This document shows positions 1 to 11,217 of a stretch of DNA of 25,334 nucleotides, piece by piece. Origin of the DNA: Myxococcota bacterium. Its GTDB lineage: Bacteria > Myxococcota > JACRCW01. The stretch covers positions 1 to 25,334 of the forward strand of contig JBFMGU010000157.1 in assembly GCA_040752415.1 (NCBI GenBank), read 5' to 3'. Under the pieces are notes generated by a model. The model saw only the letters and a list, made by a program, of their open reading frames with translations. It searched no databases and was not told the origin of the DNA. Each line of letters opens with the position of its first letter. Positions within the stretch are counted from its first letter, which is position 1. Made by a program: the position numbers and the translations under genes.

Positions 1-170
1 GTTGAAGACGCACTCGACGCTGGCCAGGGCGGTGACAGGCCACCGCACTCCAGGTCGTGGCCCGCTCACGAGGTCTGCAATCCCGCTGGGCATCTTGTTC
101 TGGCGCAGCCCCTCAGGCGCTCGCCAGCGTCGTCGACTGGGCAGACGACACGAGACCCAGCCCCTTAGTC

Positions 171-941
171 CTACTTCGTGCAGGCCCCCGCGCCGGCGCC
201 AATCCACTTCCCCACCAGCTCCACCTCGTCGGGGGAGAGCGTGCCACCCAGCGGCATGACCGCCCCGCGCGCCGGTCCCTGCGTCCCGCTCAGCTTGCGG
301 TAGAGCAGGGAGGCCTCGGCGTTGCCCGGCACCACCAGCGTGTCCTCGGGCCACTGCGCGCTGCGACGGTTCACCAGGCTCGTCGGAAAACCCGCCACCA
401 GCTCCAGTTGCGCCTGCGCCGTGGGGCCCGCATGACAGGAGGAGCACCGCGTGATCATGACCTGCTGCACCGCGCACGGCCCCTCCCCGCCGGGCCGGTA
501 GCCCACCCCGCGCGCCATGGCCGCCGCCACGAACACCATGCCCACCACCACCGCCACCTCGACGTGGTTGATCCAGCGGAACAGGCGCACCCGCGAGAAA
601 TCCAGCGGACGGCCCCGCGCCTCGTCGACGCGCCAGCGGATGAAGGTGACCATGGGCCACAGCTCGAGGAGGAAGATCACCCCGAAGAGCGTTGCCTTCA
701 GGTGGAACAGCGGATTGCCCAGGTACCACGCCGTGGCCTTCTCCACGCCACCCAGCAGTCGCCACAGTCCCGTTCCAATCCACAACATGGCCGCAACGCC
801 CCACACGTTGTCCGCCTGCAGCAACAGCCGGCGGTTGGAGGCCACCGTGGGGTCGCGCAGCCCCAGGCCACGGATGAACACCCCCGGCAGACCCAGGGCC
901 AACGAGAGCAGGTGCAGCGCGGAGGCAATCGCCGAGGACAT
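171..941 (-). CDS. DUF2214-like membrane protein fused to a C-terminal c-type cytochrome domain
   Basis: Last 256 aa of ORF 171..3698, from ATG at 941 ([17 protein letters not shown]). Four hydrophobic helices carry DUF2214-like motifs (ADNVWG..A, TGLWRL..G.EK...[27 protein letters not shown]). They are followed by CSSCH (CxxCH), [15 protein letters not shown] and MPLGG...KWI..GA. Confidence 0.8.
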   Translation of the reverse strand: MSSAIASALHLLSLALGLPGVFIRGLGLRDPTVASNRRLLLQADNVWGVAAMLWIGTGLWRLLGGVEKATAWYLGNPLFHLKATLFGVIFLLELWPMVTFIRWRVDEARGRPLDFSRVRLFRWINHVEVAVVVGMVFVAAAMARGVGYRPGGEGPCAVQQVMITRCSSCHAGPTAQAQLELVAGFPTSLVNRRSAQWPEDTLVVPGNAEASLLYRKLSGTQGPARGAVMPLGGTLSPDEVELVGKWIGAGAGACTK

Positions 942-1145
942 GGCGGTCACCGTAGGAAACGCGCACCCGCCAACGCAAATCCTGCCGCGGCACCGCCCGC
1001 GCCCGAGGAGCCCCGCAATCCCCGCTGGCGACGACGGCGCAGGTGGGGTCCGCCCGGCTTGGCCCACCGGCTGCAGCGCGAACGCATGTCGGCCAGACCG
1101 GTTTCGACCTTTCCTGCTACAAAGCGCGGTCCCGGGAGGAAGCCC

Positions 1146-3806
1146 ATGAGCAAGTACGTGTACACGTTTGGCGGTGGTGGGGCGGATGGTCGCGCCAACA
1201 TGAAGGAGCTGCTGGGTGGCAAGGGCGCAAACCTGGCGGAGATGAGCGCCATTGGTCTGCCGGTGCCGCCGGGCTTCACCATCTCCACGGAGGCGTGTCG
1301 CTTTGTCTCCGAGCACGCGGGGGCGTTCCCCGAGGAGCTGACCGCGCAGGTGGATGCGGCGCTGGCCTTTGTGGAGCGGACCCTGGGCGCGCGGTTTGGC
1401 AGCGCGGAGAACCCGTTGCTTTTCTCGGTGCGCTCCGGCGCGGCCATCTCCATGCCGGGCATGATGGACACCGTGCTCAACCTGGGCATCAACGACGAGG
1501 TGGTGGCCGGACTGGAGCGCAAGACCGGCAATCCGCGCTTTGCCTGGGACACCTACCGCCGCTTCATTGACATGTTCTCCGACGTGGTGATGGGCGTGGG
1601 CCACCACCTCTTCGAGCACGCCATGGACGGCCTGAAGCGGGAGGTGGGCGCGCGCTCCGACCCCGAGCTGAACGCGGAGCACCTGAGGGAGCTGTGTCGT
1701 CGCTACCTGGACGTGTACCGACGGGAGACCGGCAACCCCTTCCCCACCCACCCGCGCGAGCAGCTGGACCGCGCCATCCGTGCCGTCTTCAACTCCTGGG
1801 ACAGCGAGCGCGCCGTGAAGTACCGCGAGATCAACAAGATCCGCGGGCTGCTGGGCACCGCCGTCAACGTGCAGGCCATGGTGTTCGGCAACATGGGGGA
1901 GACCTCCGGCACCGGCGTGTGCTTCACGCGCAACCCCGCCAACGGCACGCCCGAGCTGTACGGTGAGTACCTCATGAACGCGCAGGGTGAGGACGTGGTG
2001 GCGGGCATCCGCACCCCCGAGCCCATTGCCACGCTGCGCGACCGCAACCCCGAGGTGTTCGAGCAGCTGCTCGCGCATTGTCGACGGCTGGAGCAGCACT
2101 ACCGCAACATGCAGGACATCGAGTTCACCGTGCAGGAGGGGCGGCTGTTCATGCTGCAGACCCGCAGCGGCAAGCGCACGGGCCCGGCCGCGGTGCGGAT
2201 TGCGGTGGACATGGTGAACGAGAAGCTGGTGACGCCGGAGGACGCGGTGCTGAACCTGGTGGAGCCGCGCCACATTGACCAGCTCTTGCACCCGCGCTTC
2301 AAGGACGAGGAGGCCTACCGCAGGGAAGGGCGCATCCTGGGCAAGGGCCTGCCCGCCTCCCCCGGCGCCGCGGTGGGCCGCGTGGTCTTCACCGCCGACG
2401 ACGCGGAAGCGTGGAACAAGCGCGGCGAGCGCGTGATCCTGGTGCGCGCGGAGACCAGCCCCGAGGACGTGGGCGGCATGCACGCGGCCGAGGGCATCCT
2501 CACCTCCCGCGGCGGCATGACCAGCCACGCGGCGGTGGTGGCGCGCGGTTGGGGCAAGCCGTGCGTGGCGGGATGCGGTTCCATCGTCGTCGACGCCGCG
2601 GCGCGGCAGCTGCGCACGCCCAGCGGCACCGTGGTGAAGGAGGGGGAATGGCTCAGCCTCAACGGCGGCACCGGCGAGGTGGTGCTGGGCCAGGTACCGC
2701 TCATCACCCACGCGCTGGCGCCGGAGCTCACCACGTTCATGGCCTGGGTGGACGCCGCGCGGCGTCTCAAGGTGCGCACCAACGCGGACACCCCGCGCGA
2801 CGCGCGCCTGGCGCGGGAGTTCGGCGCGGAGGGCATTGGGCTGTGTCGCACCGAGCACATGTTCTTCGAGGGGGACCGCATTGCCGCCATGCGCGAGATG
2901 ATCCTGGCCGACGACGAGGAGGGGCGCCGGCGCGCGTTGGCCAAGCTGCTGCCGTACCAGCGCGCGGACTTCGTGGGGTTGTTCGAGGCCATGGACGGTC
3001 TGCCGGTCACCATCCGCCTGCTGGACCCGCCGCTGCACGAGTTCCTCCCCGAGACGCAGGCCCAGCAGGAGGAGCTGGCGCGCGAGATGGGCATCTCCCG
3101 CGAGCGCGTGCGGCTGCGCGTGCTGGCGCTGCACGAGGCCAATCCCATGCTCGGGCACCGCGGGTGTCGCCTGGGGATCAGCTATCCCGAGATCACCGAG
3201 ATGCAGGCGCGCGCCATCTTCGAGGCGGCGGCGCAGGTGCAGAAGGCGGGCGGCAAGGTCTTCCCCGAGGTCATGGTCCCGCTGGTGGGCACCGTGGAGG
3301 AGCTGCGGCACCAGAAGGAGATCATCCTGCGCGTGGCCCACACCGTGACGACGGAGCAGGGCGTGAAGCTCCAGTTCCAGGTGGGCACCATGATCGAGGT
3401 GCCGCGCGCGGCGCTGATGGCGGAGAGCATTGCCGGCGAGGCGGAGTTCTTCAGCTTTGGCACCAATGACCTGACCCAGATGACGCTGGGCTTCTCCCGT
3501 GACGACGTGGGATCCTTCCTGCCCAGCTACCTGCAGCACAAGATCCTGGTGGAGGACCCGTTCCAGAGCATCGACGTGGCGGGCGTGGGGCAGCTGGTGC
3601 GCATGGCGGCGGAGCGCGGTCGCAAGGAGCGGCCCAACCTCAAGCTGGGCGTGTGTGGTGAGCACGGCGGCGACCCGGCCTCGGTGGCGTTCTTCCACGG
3701 CGCGGGGCTGGACTACGTGAGCTGCTCCCCCTTCCGCGTGCCGGTGGCGCGGCTGGCGGCGGCGCAGGCGGCCCTCAAGGAGAAGAAGGCGCAGAAGGCG
3801 GGTTGA
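1146..3806 (+). CDS. ppdK: pyruvate, phosphate dikinase
   Basis: 886 aa from MSKYVYTF. Motifs [45 protein letters not shown], catalytic [55 protein letters not shown]. Confidence 0.98.
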   Translation: MSKYVYTFGGGGADGRANMKELLGGKGANLAEMSAIGLPVPPGFTISTEACRFVSEHAGAFPEELTAQVDAALAFVERTLGARFGSAENPLLFSVRSGAAISMPGMMDTVLNLGINDEVVAGLERKTGNPRFAWDTYRRFIDMFSDVVMGVGHHLFEHAMDGLKREVGARSDPELNAEHLRELCRRYLDVYRRETGNPFPTHPREQLDRAIRAVFNSWDSERAVKYREINKIRGLLGTAVNVQAMVFGNMGETSGTGVCFTRNPANGTPELYGEYLMNAQGEDVVAGIRTPEPIATLRDRNPEVFEQLLAHCRRLEQHYRNMQDIEFTVQEGRLFMLQTRSGKRTGPAAVRIAVDMVNEKLVTPEDAVLNLVEPRHIDQLLHPRFKDEEAYRREGRILGKGLPASPGAAVGRVVFTADDAEAWNKRGERVILVRAETSPEDVGGMHAAEGILTSRGGMTSHAAVVARGWGKPCVAGCGSIVVDAAARQLRTPSGTVVKEGEWLSLNGGTGEVVLGQVPLITHALAPELTTFMAWVDAARRLKVRTNADTPRDARLAREFGAEGIGLCRTEHMFFEGDRIAAMREMILADDEEGRRRALAKLLPYQRADFVGLFEAMDGLPVTIRLLDPPLHEFLPETQAQQEELAREMGISRERVRLRVLALHEANPMLGHRGCRLGISYPEITEMQARAIFEAAAQVQKAGGKVFPEVMVPLVGTVEELRHQKEIILRVAHTVTTEQGVKLQFQVGTMIEVPRAALMAESIAGEAEFFSFGTNDLTQMTLGFSRDDVGSFLPSYLQHKILVEDPFQSIDVAGVGQLVRMAAERGRKERPNLKLGVCGEHGGDPASVAFFHGAGLDYVSCSPFRVPVARLAAAQAALKEKKAQKAG

Positions 3807-3833
3807 TTCGCGTCACTTCGTCTGTCTTCGCGG

Positions 3834-5096
<1,263 letters not shown>

Positions 5097-5210
5097 GCGG
5101 CTGAGGGTATCAGATCCCGCAGTGTGGTGGCGACGGAGGACCTCCCTTGGCAATCCGCTGGAGCAACCGCGACTGGCGTTCTCCCCCGCGTTTCCCGTAA
5201 GAGCGCGCCC

Positions 5211-5957
5211 ATGAAAGCCTTCACCTGGTCTCCGCGCGTCCGCTCCTCGGAAATCGGCCCCGACGGGCTGCTCAAGCCGCTCTCCGCGCTGCACCTGTTG
5301 CAGGAGACCGGGGTGCTCGCCAGCGAGGCCAACGGCTACGGACCGCAGCGCTATCTCGAGATGGGGATGACCTTCATGGTCTACCAGCTGGACGTGGTGT
5401 TCGACGGACCGGCGCGCCTGGGTGACACGCTGGTGGCGAAAAGCTGGGTCAGCGACTTCAAGCTGGTGCGCTCCCGACGGGAGACGGTGGTGACCACGCA
5501 GGACGGCGCACCGGTGTTCCGCGCCAACGTGATGTGGATCTTCATGGACGCCGCCACGCGAAGGCCGGCGAAGATGAAGGAGAAGTTCCGTGCCGCCTTC
5601 CTGCCCGCGCCCGGCACGTACGCGCACCAGGAGCCGTCACCGCCCACGCCCGCGCTGCTCGCGCCGCCCGTCGTGGGAGACCGCACGCCGCGCTACACGG
5701 ACCTGGACGGACTGGCGCACGTGAACCACGCGGTGAGCCTGTCCTACGTGCTGGATGACCTGGCCGAGCGCAACGCCGGGGCGCTGGGCACACTCCGGCG
5801 CGTGATGGCCACCTATGCCGGACAGCTCAGCCTGGGGGAGTCCGCGGAAGTGATCACCCTCGGGGAGTTGCGCGAGGGCAACCGCGTCACCACCAGCCAC
5901 GAGGTGCGCTCGCCCCAGGAGCAGGTGTTGACCGCCACGGTGGTGCGTGAGGTCTGA
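5211..5957 (+). CDS. acyl-ACP thioesterase family protein (double hot-dog fold)
   Basis: MKAFTWSPRVRSSEIGPDGLLK..ALHLLQE, WIFMD..TRRP, and second-domain motif RYTDLDGLAHVNHAVSLSY. Stop codon abuts the next ATG. Confidence 0.85.
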   Translation: MKAFTWSPRVRSSEIGPDGLLKPLSALHLLQETGVLASEANGYGPQRYLEMGMTFMVYQLDVVFDGPARLGDTLVAKSWVSDFKLVRSRRETVVTTQDGAPVFRANVMWIFMDAATRRPAKMKEKFRAAFLPAPGTYAHQEPSPPTPALLAPPVVGDRTPRYTDLDGLAHVNHAVSLSYVLDDLAERNAGALGTLRRVMATYAGQLSLGESAEVITLGELREGNRVTTSHEVRSPQEQVLTATVVREV

Positions 5958-7559
5958 ATGCGAAGCGGTTGGCTCCTCCTCCTGGCCCTGACGGCGGCGT
6001 GCCCCAACACCTGCAACCAGACGCGCCCGGAGGACTGCACCGCCGAGGCCGACGAGGACGGTGACGGCGCCGCCAACTGCAGTGACTCCGACTGCGCGGA
6101 TCACACCGCGTGTCGCACCAACCCCACCCGCTGCGGTGACGGCGTGGCCGACCAGGGCGAGGAATGCGACGGCACCGATCTCGTCGGGCAGCGCTGCGCC
6201 AGCCTGGGTTTTGACACCGGGACCCTGACGTGCCTGGCGGACTGCACGCTGGACACCAGCGACTGTCGACACATCCAGTGCGGCGACGGCCGCCGCGACG
6301 GAAACGAGGGCTGTGACGACGGAAACCGCGAGGGTGGCGACGGGTGCAGCACGCAGTGTCGCGTGGAGTATTGCGGGGACGGGCTGGTCAACAACCACGA
6401 CACCGAGGAATGCGACGACGGCAACACCTTCAACGGTGACGGCTGCACCGCGCAGTGCGTGCGGGAGGAACCGGTGGGCTGCGGCACCGGCGTCATTGAC
6501 GTGGGGCTGGGCGAGGTCTGTGACGATGGGAACACCGTGGCCGGTGACGGGTGTCGCGCCGACTGCCGGGGTGAGGAGGAATGTGGCGACGGACTCCTCG
6601 ACGAGGTCACCGGCGAGGCCTGCGACGACGGGAACACCGCGGACCTGGACGGCTGCACCGGCGCCTGCGTGCGGGAGCGCTGCGGCGACGGCGTGGTGAA
6701 CAACGCGGGGCAGGAGCAGTGCGACGACGGGAACACCACCAACGACGACGGCTGTGATTCCACCTGCCAGCGCGAGGGCTGCGGCAACGCCGTGCTGGAG
6801 GAGGGCGAGGTCTGCGACGACGGGAACCTGGAGGCCGGGGACGGCTGCCGCGCCGATTGCCGGGGCGAGGAGGAGTGCGGCGACGGGCTGCTGGACGAGG
6901 CCACGGGCGAGGCGTGCGACGACGACAACACCGTCTCCGGCGACGGGTGCACGGCCGCGTGCGTGGTGGAGCGCTGCGGCGACGGGGTGGTGAACAACGC
7001 CGGCCTGGAGGACTGTGACGACGGAAACAACGACGGGACCGACGCCTGCCCCGCCGACTGCGTGTTCCCCTGCGGCCACGGCAGCGGCGCCACCGGCGCG
7101 GTGCTGCACGCGGAGACCGGGCACTGCTACCTGGGTTTCTCCTCGGCGCTGGGCTGGTTCGCCGCGCAGGGCGACTGCGTGGACCGTGGCGGGAACCTGG
7201 TGTCCGTCGAGGATGCCGAGGAGAACACGCGCGTGCGCAGTGTCCTCACCGGCGCGCTGTGGCTGGGCGCCACCGACCAGATCCAGGAGGGCACGCTGGG
7301 CTGGATCACGGGTGAGCCGGTGGTGTTCACGGACTTCACGTCGGGGCAGCCGGACAACGTGGGCAACGCGGACTGCGTGCAGATGCTCCCCGACTCTGCG
7401 CAGTGGGATGACAGCACCTGCGCCACCGCGCTTCCCTACGTGTGTGAGCTGGCCACGCCGGTGTGCGGCAACGGCGCCTTCGAGGAGGGTGAGCAGTGCG
7501 ACGACGGGAACACCGATCCGGGCGACGGGTGCGACGCCACCTGTCAGCCGGAGACGTGA
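5958..7559 (+). CDS. secreted/lipoprotein with myxobacterial cysteine-rich (DUF4215-type) repeats and a C-type lectin domain
   Basis: Signal MRSGWLLLLALTAAC; about ten CGDG/CGNG...E.CDDGN...GDGC...C repeats. C-type lectin motifs: HCY..F.....WFAAQGDC...GGNLVSVED.EEN, WLGATD...EG...W.TGE, GQPDN....DCV, WDD..C....PYVCE. Confidence 0.9.
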   Translation: MRSGWLLLLALTAACPNTCNQTRPEDCTAEADEDGDGAANCSDSDCADHTACRTNPTRCGDGVADQGEECDGTDLVGQRCASLGFDTGTLTCLADCTLDTSDCRHIQCGDGRRDGNEGCDDGNREGGDGCSTQCRVEYCGDGLVNNHDTEECDDGNTFNGDGCTAQCVREEPVGCGTGVIDVGLGEVCDDGNTVAGDGCRADCRGEEECGDGLLDEVTGEACDDGNTADLDGCTGACVRERCGDGVVNNAGQEQCDDGNTTNDDGCDSTCQREGCGNAVLEEGEVCDDGNLEAGDGCRADCRGEEECGDGLLDEATGEACDDDNTVSGDGCTAACVVERCGDGVVNNAGLEDCDDGNNDGTDACPADCVFPCGHGSGATGAVLHAETGHCYLGFSSALGWFAAQGDCVDRGGNLVSVEDAEENTRVRSVLTGALWLGATDQIQEGTLGWITGEPVVFTDFTSGQPDNVGNADCVQMLPDSAQWDDSTCATALPYVCELATPVCGNGAFEEGEQCDDGNTDPGDGCDATCQPET

Positions 7560-7638
7560 GCGTGGGCGCAGCTTCCTTGACGGGGCCAGCGTCCTTCCAA
7601 CAGCATCACCGCGCCTGCACGGGCAAGGAGCGTTCTGC

Positions 7639-8181
7639 ATGGGCTTGATGGGAAGAGCGGTGGCGGGGGCATCCCTGCTGCTGGGACTGACCGCGTGTGG
7701 CCCCACCGGCAACAGCCTGGGGCTGGATGGTCGCTACAACGGCACGCTGAAGCAGGTCTCCCGCATCAAGGAGACGTTGTTCCTGGGTTTCATCACCACC
7801 ACCAGCGAGCGCACCGTGACTTCGGAAACCGAGGGTGCGGTGGTGGTGATCGGCCGCGGCTATGACAGCGACGCCATCTGGATCACCCGCGACTGCGACG
7901 TGCCGCTCAAGGTCAACGGCACGGCGCTGGTCCTCCAGGAGAAGACCGAGTGCAATGAGAGCAGCACCGACGCCACCACCGGCAGCAATGACAAGGACGA
8001 GGACACCTCCACCACCGTCCACCGGGACGCCACCGCGGAGTCCGACGGGCAGCCCAACACGCTGAAGATGGAGGGTGAGTCTGAGACCACCACCATCTCG
8101 CTCTCCAACGGCACCAAGACGCGGGAAACCATCACCACCACCGAGTGGGAATTCGAAGGCGACAAGGTTGCCGAGGACTGA
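7639..8181 (+). CDS. uncharacterised lipoprotein, paralog 1 of 3
   Basis: AAGGAG RBS at 7625-7630, ATG 7639, LLLGLTAC lipobox; shares motifs with the next two genes. Confidence 0.85.
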   Translation: MGLMGRAVAGASLLLGLTACGPTGNSLGLDGRYNGTLKQVSRIKETLFLGFITTTSERTVTSETEGAVVVIGRGYDSDAIWITRDCDVPLKVNGTALVLQEKTECNESSTDATTGSNDKDEDTSTTVHRDATAESDGQPNTLKMEGESETTTISLSNGTKTRETITTTEWEFEGDKVAED

Positions 8182-8191
8182 GGAGGAACGC

Positions 8192-8677
8192 ATGAGAACA
8201 TCACTGGGCCTGGTTGCGTTGTGCCTCACCGTGGTGGGCTGTGGACCGCGCGGCAACACGCTGGGACTGGACGGCAAGTACCGCGGCAAGTTCGCTTTCG
8301 AGCTGATCAGCTCCGACGACCCCAATGACCGCTACGCCGTGGAGTACGACGGATACGTGGTCACCATCACGCGCGGCTATGAATCCGACGCGGTGCTGAT
8401 CACCGACTTCTGCGACGTGATGCTGAAGGCCGACGGCATGAAGCTGGTCAGCGACGGCGACAGCGAGTGCGAGACCACCACCACCACGCAGCAGGACAAC
8501 AACCGTGACGTGACGGTGTCGGCCTCCACCTTCTCCGACGTGGAAGCGCAGGGCAGCCCGCCCGGCAACCTGGAGCTGGAGGGTGAGATCGAGAGCCGGT
8601 CCAAGCACAACGACGACCCCGAGACGCGCAGCAAGTACAAGTTCACCTTCTCCGGCTCCCGCGTGGCGGATGACTGA
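8192..8677 (+). CDS. uncharacterised lipoprotein, paralog 2 of 3
   Basis: GGAGGA RBS just after the previous stop, ATG 8192, LTVVGC lipobox; GNTLGLDGKYRG and TRGYESDAV motifs. Confidence 0.85.
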   Translation: MRTSLGLVALCLTVVGCGPRGNTLGLDGKYRGKFAFELISSDDPNDRYAVEYDGYVVTITRGYESDAVLITDFCDVMLKADGMKLVSDGDSECETTTTTQQDNNRDVTVSASTFSDVEAQGSPPGNLELEGEIESRSKHNDDPETRSKYKFTFSGSRVADD

Positions 8678-8685
8678 GGCCAGCC

Positions 8686-9234
8686 ATGATGCGCTCATTT
8701 GTCGTCGTGACCTTGTTGTCCACCGCCGGCTGCCTGTTCGTGCCGCCCCCGCCCGGCAATGCGCTGGGCATGGAGGGCAAGTACGTGGGGGAGGCGGAGT
8801 CCACCACGCGCCGCAAGTACACCAGCTTCACCGGCGGGACCTCCACCACCGAGACCACGTTCACCGACGAGGGAGACCGCATCACGGTGTTCATCTCCCG
8901 CGGGTATGAGAGCGACGCGGTGCTGGAGATCTTCTCCGCGTGTGCCGTGCCGCTGCGCGCGGCGGGCATGCGGCTGGAGCTTGTTGACGAGGCGCACTGC
9001 ACCTCCCAGAGCGACTCGACCTACCAGTTCGGCAACCAGACCAGGACCTACCGCTCGGAGAACGACCTCACCATCACCAAGGCGGTGGTGGAGCCCGACG
9101 GGGCGCCCGGCAACGTCAAGATCACCGTCGAGACCGAGTCCAGGAGCGAGGGGTTCACCGACGAGCAGAAGACCAGCGAGTCCACCGAGACCATGGAGTG
9201 GGAGTTCAAGGGCACGCGCGTCTCCGACGAGTGA
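8686..9234 (+). CDS. uncharacterised lipoprotein, paralog 3 of 3
   Basis: GAGG RBS, LSTAGC lipobox; GNALGMEGKYVG, SRGYESDAV and WEFKGTRVSDE motifs. Confidence 0.85.
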   Translation: MMRSFVVVTLLSTAGCLFVPPPPGNALGMEGKYVGEAESTTRRKYTSFTGGTSTTETTFTDEGDRITVFISRGYESDAVLEIFSACAVPLRAAGMRLELVDEAHCTSQSDSTYQFGNQTRTYRSENDLTITKAVVEPDGAPGNVKITVETESRSEGFTDEQKTSESTETMEWEFKGTRVSDE

Positions 9235-9409
9235 GGGCTCTCACCCGACCCTGTGGCGGGGACATTCTTGTCTGTGAGGACCGCGCCGACTCGCCTGTGG
9301 GCGCGCGCCGGAGTACGGATCCGGTCCGCCATGGCAAAGCCCACTCGCAACCGAGCCGCGGGCCAGGCGCTCGCCCACCCAGACCCTGGCCAACGCCACC
9401 GACGAGCTG

Positions 9410-9703
9410 ATGGCGGACATGAACATCCCGGAGCTGCCGCACCAGCTCCCGCAGCGCCTCGTCGAGGCGGTGGTGGCGCGCGTGGAGTCGCTCCTGTTCC
9501 ACCTCCGCCAGGCACGCACCGAACGCTACGTGCGCGCGCTGGAGGTGCGCCTGGTCCGGGATGCCCACCAGGCCGTACTGACCGCGCATGAGCTGCACCT
9601 TCCCGACGCCGAGGTGTCCTACGCGCAGTTCCGCAAGCTGGTGGAGGAGCTGGGTTACGAACGCACCGACATCGGGTTCCGCAAGCTCTCCGACGACGAG
9701 TGA
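9410..9703 (+). CDS. small hypothetical protein (97 aa)
   Basis: Coding-like GC3 bias and protein-like composition; its stop overlaps the next start (GTGA). Start position uncertain. Confidence 0.65.
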   Translation: MADMNIPELPHQLPQRLVEAVVARVESLLFHLRQARTERYVRALEVRLVRDAHQAVLTAHELHLPDAEVSYAQFRKLVEELGYERTDIGFRKLSDDE

Positions 9704-11217
9704 CGCGACCCATGCAGGACGCGCGCGACCGCCTCGAGCCGTTGTGGCCTCCTCTCCTGGAGAAGGCGCTGTGGCTGCTGTTGGGGTGCGGCGCCACCCT
9801 GCCGCTCCTGTTGCCGGAGCGCATTGCCAGCGTGGACCTGTGGAACCACGTGGCCATCCACGAGGTGCAGCGCCAGGCCCTGCGGGGTGAAGGCCACATG
9901 GTGCCGTTCTACGCGCTGCACCTGGACGCCTATCCCTACTATGCGGGCTACGTGGTGCTGGGCCTGTGGCGACTCCTGCTCCCGCCGGAGATGGCCGCCC
10001 ACGCCGCCCTGGCCAGCGCGCACGTGTTGTGGGTAGCGGCGGTGTGGTGGTTGTGTCGGGTGTGGGGTTGTCGACGGGAATTGGCGCTGCTGGCGTTTGC
10101 CGGGTGCTACAGCATGTCCACCTGGTACGGCTTCCTCAGCTACGCGCTGGCGCTCCCGCTCGTCGTGGTGGCGGTGGTCTGGGCTACGCGCCTGATGGAT
10201 GCGCCGCGCGCGGACCGCGTGGTGATCACCGCGCTGGTGCTCCTGCTGCTCTACGAGGCGCACGTGGAATCCTACGCCGCGGGCGGGGTGCTGGCCGGCG
10301 GCACCGCGCTGTTGCACCGCGACCGGTGGCGACGTCTCTCCTGGCTTCTGGCTGCCTCCCTCCCCTCGCTGCTGCTTGCCGCGTGGTGGTGCGGCACCCT
10401 GGATGACGACGAGAAACCGAAGAACCTGCAGTACCTCTACGGCCCGCTGAAGGACCGCCTGGGTGAGTGGCACGCGGCGCACCTGTGGCAGGAGGGCTGG
10501 GCGGGGATGGTGCCGGGCCTCGTCCTCACGGTGGCCGCCGCGGCGTTGGTGCAGGCGCGCTGGGGCATTCCGCTTCCGCCGCGGATGCGCCCCGCGTTGG
10601 GGTGGGGAGTGGGCGCGTTGGCGCTGCACCTGCTGTTGCCCAAGGAAGTGCACGGATCCACGTGGGGACTGAGCCTGCGCACCGGGCCGTTCCTGGTGCT
10701 GGCGGCGCTGCTGTGTTGGCAGTGGCTCCCGCGGTGGTGCCTGCGGGTGGGAATTCCCGTCGTGGCGGCGGTGTGCCTGCTTCGCGACGTGCAGGCCTGG
10801 TCCTTCCACCAACGCTTCTCCGAGTACACCGCGCCGGTGGTGGAGCAGCTGAAGCGGACGCCGCCGGGGGCCCGCGCGGTGGTGGTGAACCGCGACGATC
10901 GTGTCCTGGGCAGCCGGGTGCATCACCTCGGGCACGTCGCCGCGTTGTGGGTGGTGTACGGGGCGGTGACGCGGCACATCTTCGAGTTCGCCGGCTCGCA
11001 CCTCGGGGTGGTGCGGGAGATCTGGTTGCCGCCCGCGTCGGTGACCATGGACGAGCCGCCGGACCGCTGGGCGCACCGCCTGGACCGCATCCTCCTCCAG
11101 GGTCACGACGAGGAATTCGTGCAACGGGCCCTGGCCGCGGGCTACGAGCCCATCTGGCAGCATGACCGCTGGATCATGTTCGCGCCGGCGTCACCGTGGG
11201 ATGTTTCCAAGCGGTAG
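9700..11217 (+). CDS. polytopic membrane protein, possibly a GT-C fold glycosyltransferase
   Basis: About 10 hydrophobic segments. The first TM is followed by a loop with D.WNH; later motifs YGFLSY.LALPL and a soluble C-terminal domain. Alternative start at ATG 9712. Confidence 0.6.
   Translation: MTRPMQDARDRLEPLWPPLLEKALWLLLGCGATLPLLLPERIASVDLWNHVAIHEVQRQALRGEGHMVPFYALHLDAYPYYAGYVVLGLWRLLLPPEMAAHAALASAHVLWVAAVWWLCRVWGCRRELALLAFAGCYSMSTWYGFLSYALALPLVVVAVVWATRLMDAPRADRVVITALVLLLLYEAHVESYAAGGVLAGGTALLHRDRWRRLSWLLAASLPSLLLAAWWCGTLDDDEKPKNLQYLYGPLKDRLGEWHAAHLWQEGWAGMVPGLVLTVAAAALVQARWGIPLPPRMRPALGWGVGALALHLLLPKEVHGSTWGLSLRTGPFLVLAALLCWQWLPRWCLRVGIPVVAAVCLLRDVQAWSFHQRFSEYTAPVVEQLKRTPPGARAVVVNRDDRVLGSRVHHLGHVAALWVVYGAVTRHIFEFAGSHLGVVREIWLPPASVTMDEPPDRWAHRLDRILLQGHDEEFVQRALAAGYEPIWQHDRWIMFAPASPWDVSKR

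Noticed and set aside
1..93. Possible start of a minus-strand gene ([31 protein letters not shown]...) running off the window
   Set aside because: Only 31 codons are visible, with no recognisable motif; cannot be supported.
942..3698. Long minus-strand ORF antisense to ppdK, and the 57..1145 plus-strand extension of ppdK
   Set aside because: Shadow frames typical of high-GC coding DNA. Recognisable proteins begin only at 941 (-) and 1146 (+).
11191..11217. 27-nt overlap of convergent gene ends
   Set aside because: Short 3' overlaps are common in compact GC-rich genomes; there is no evidence of function.
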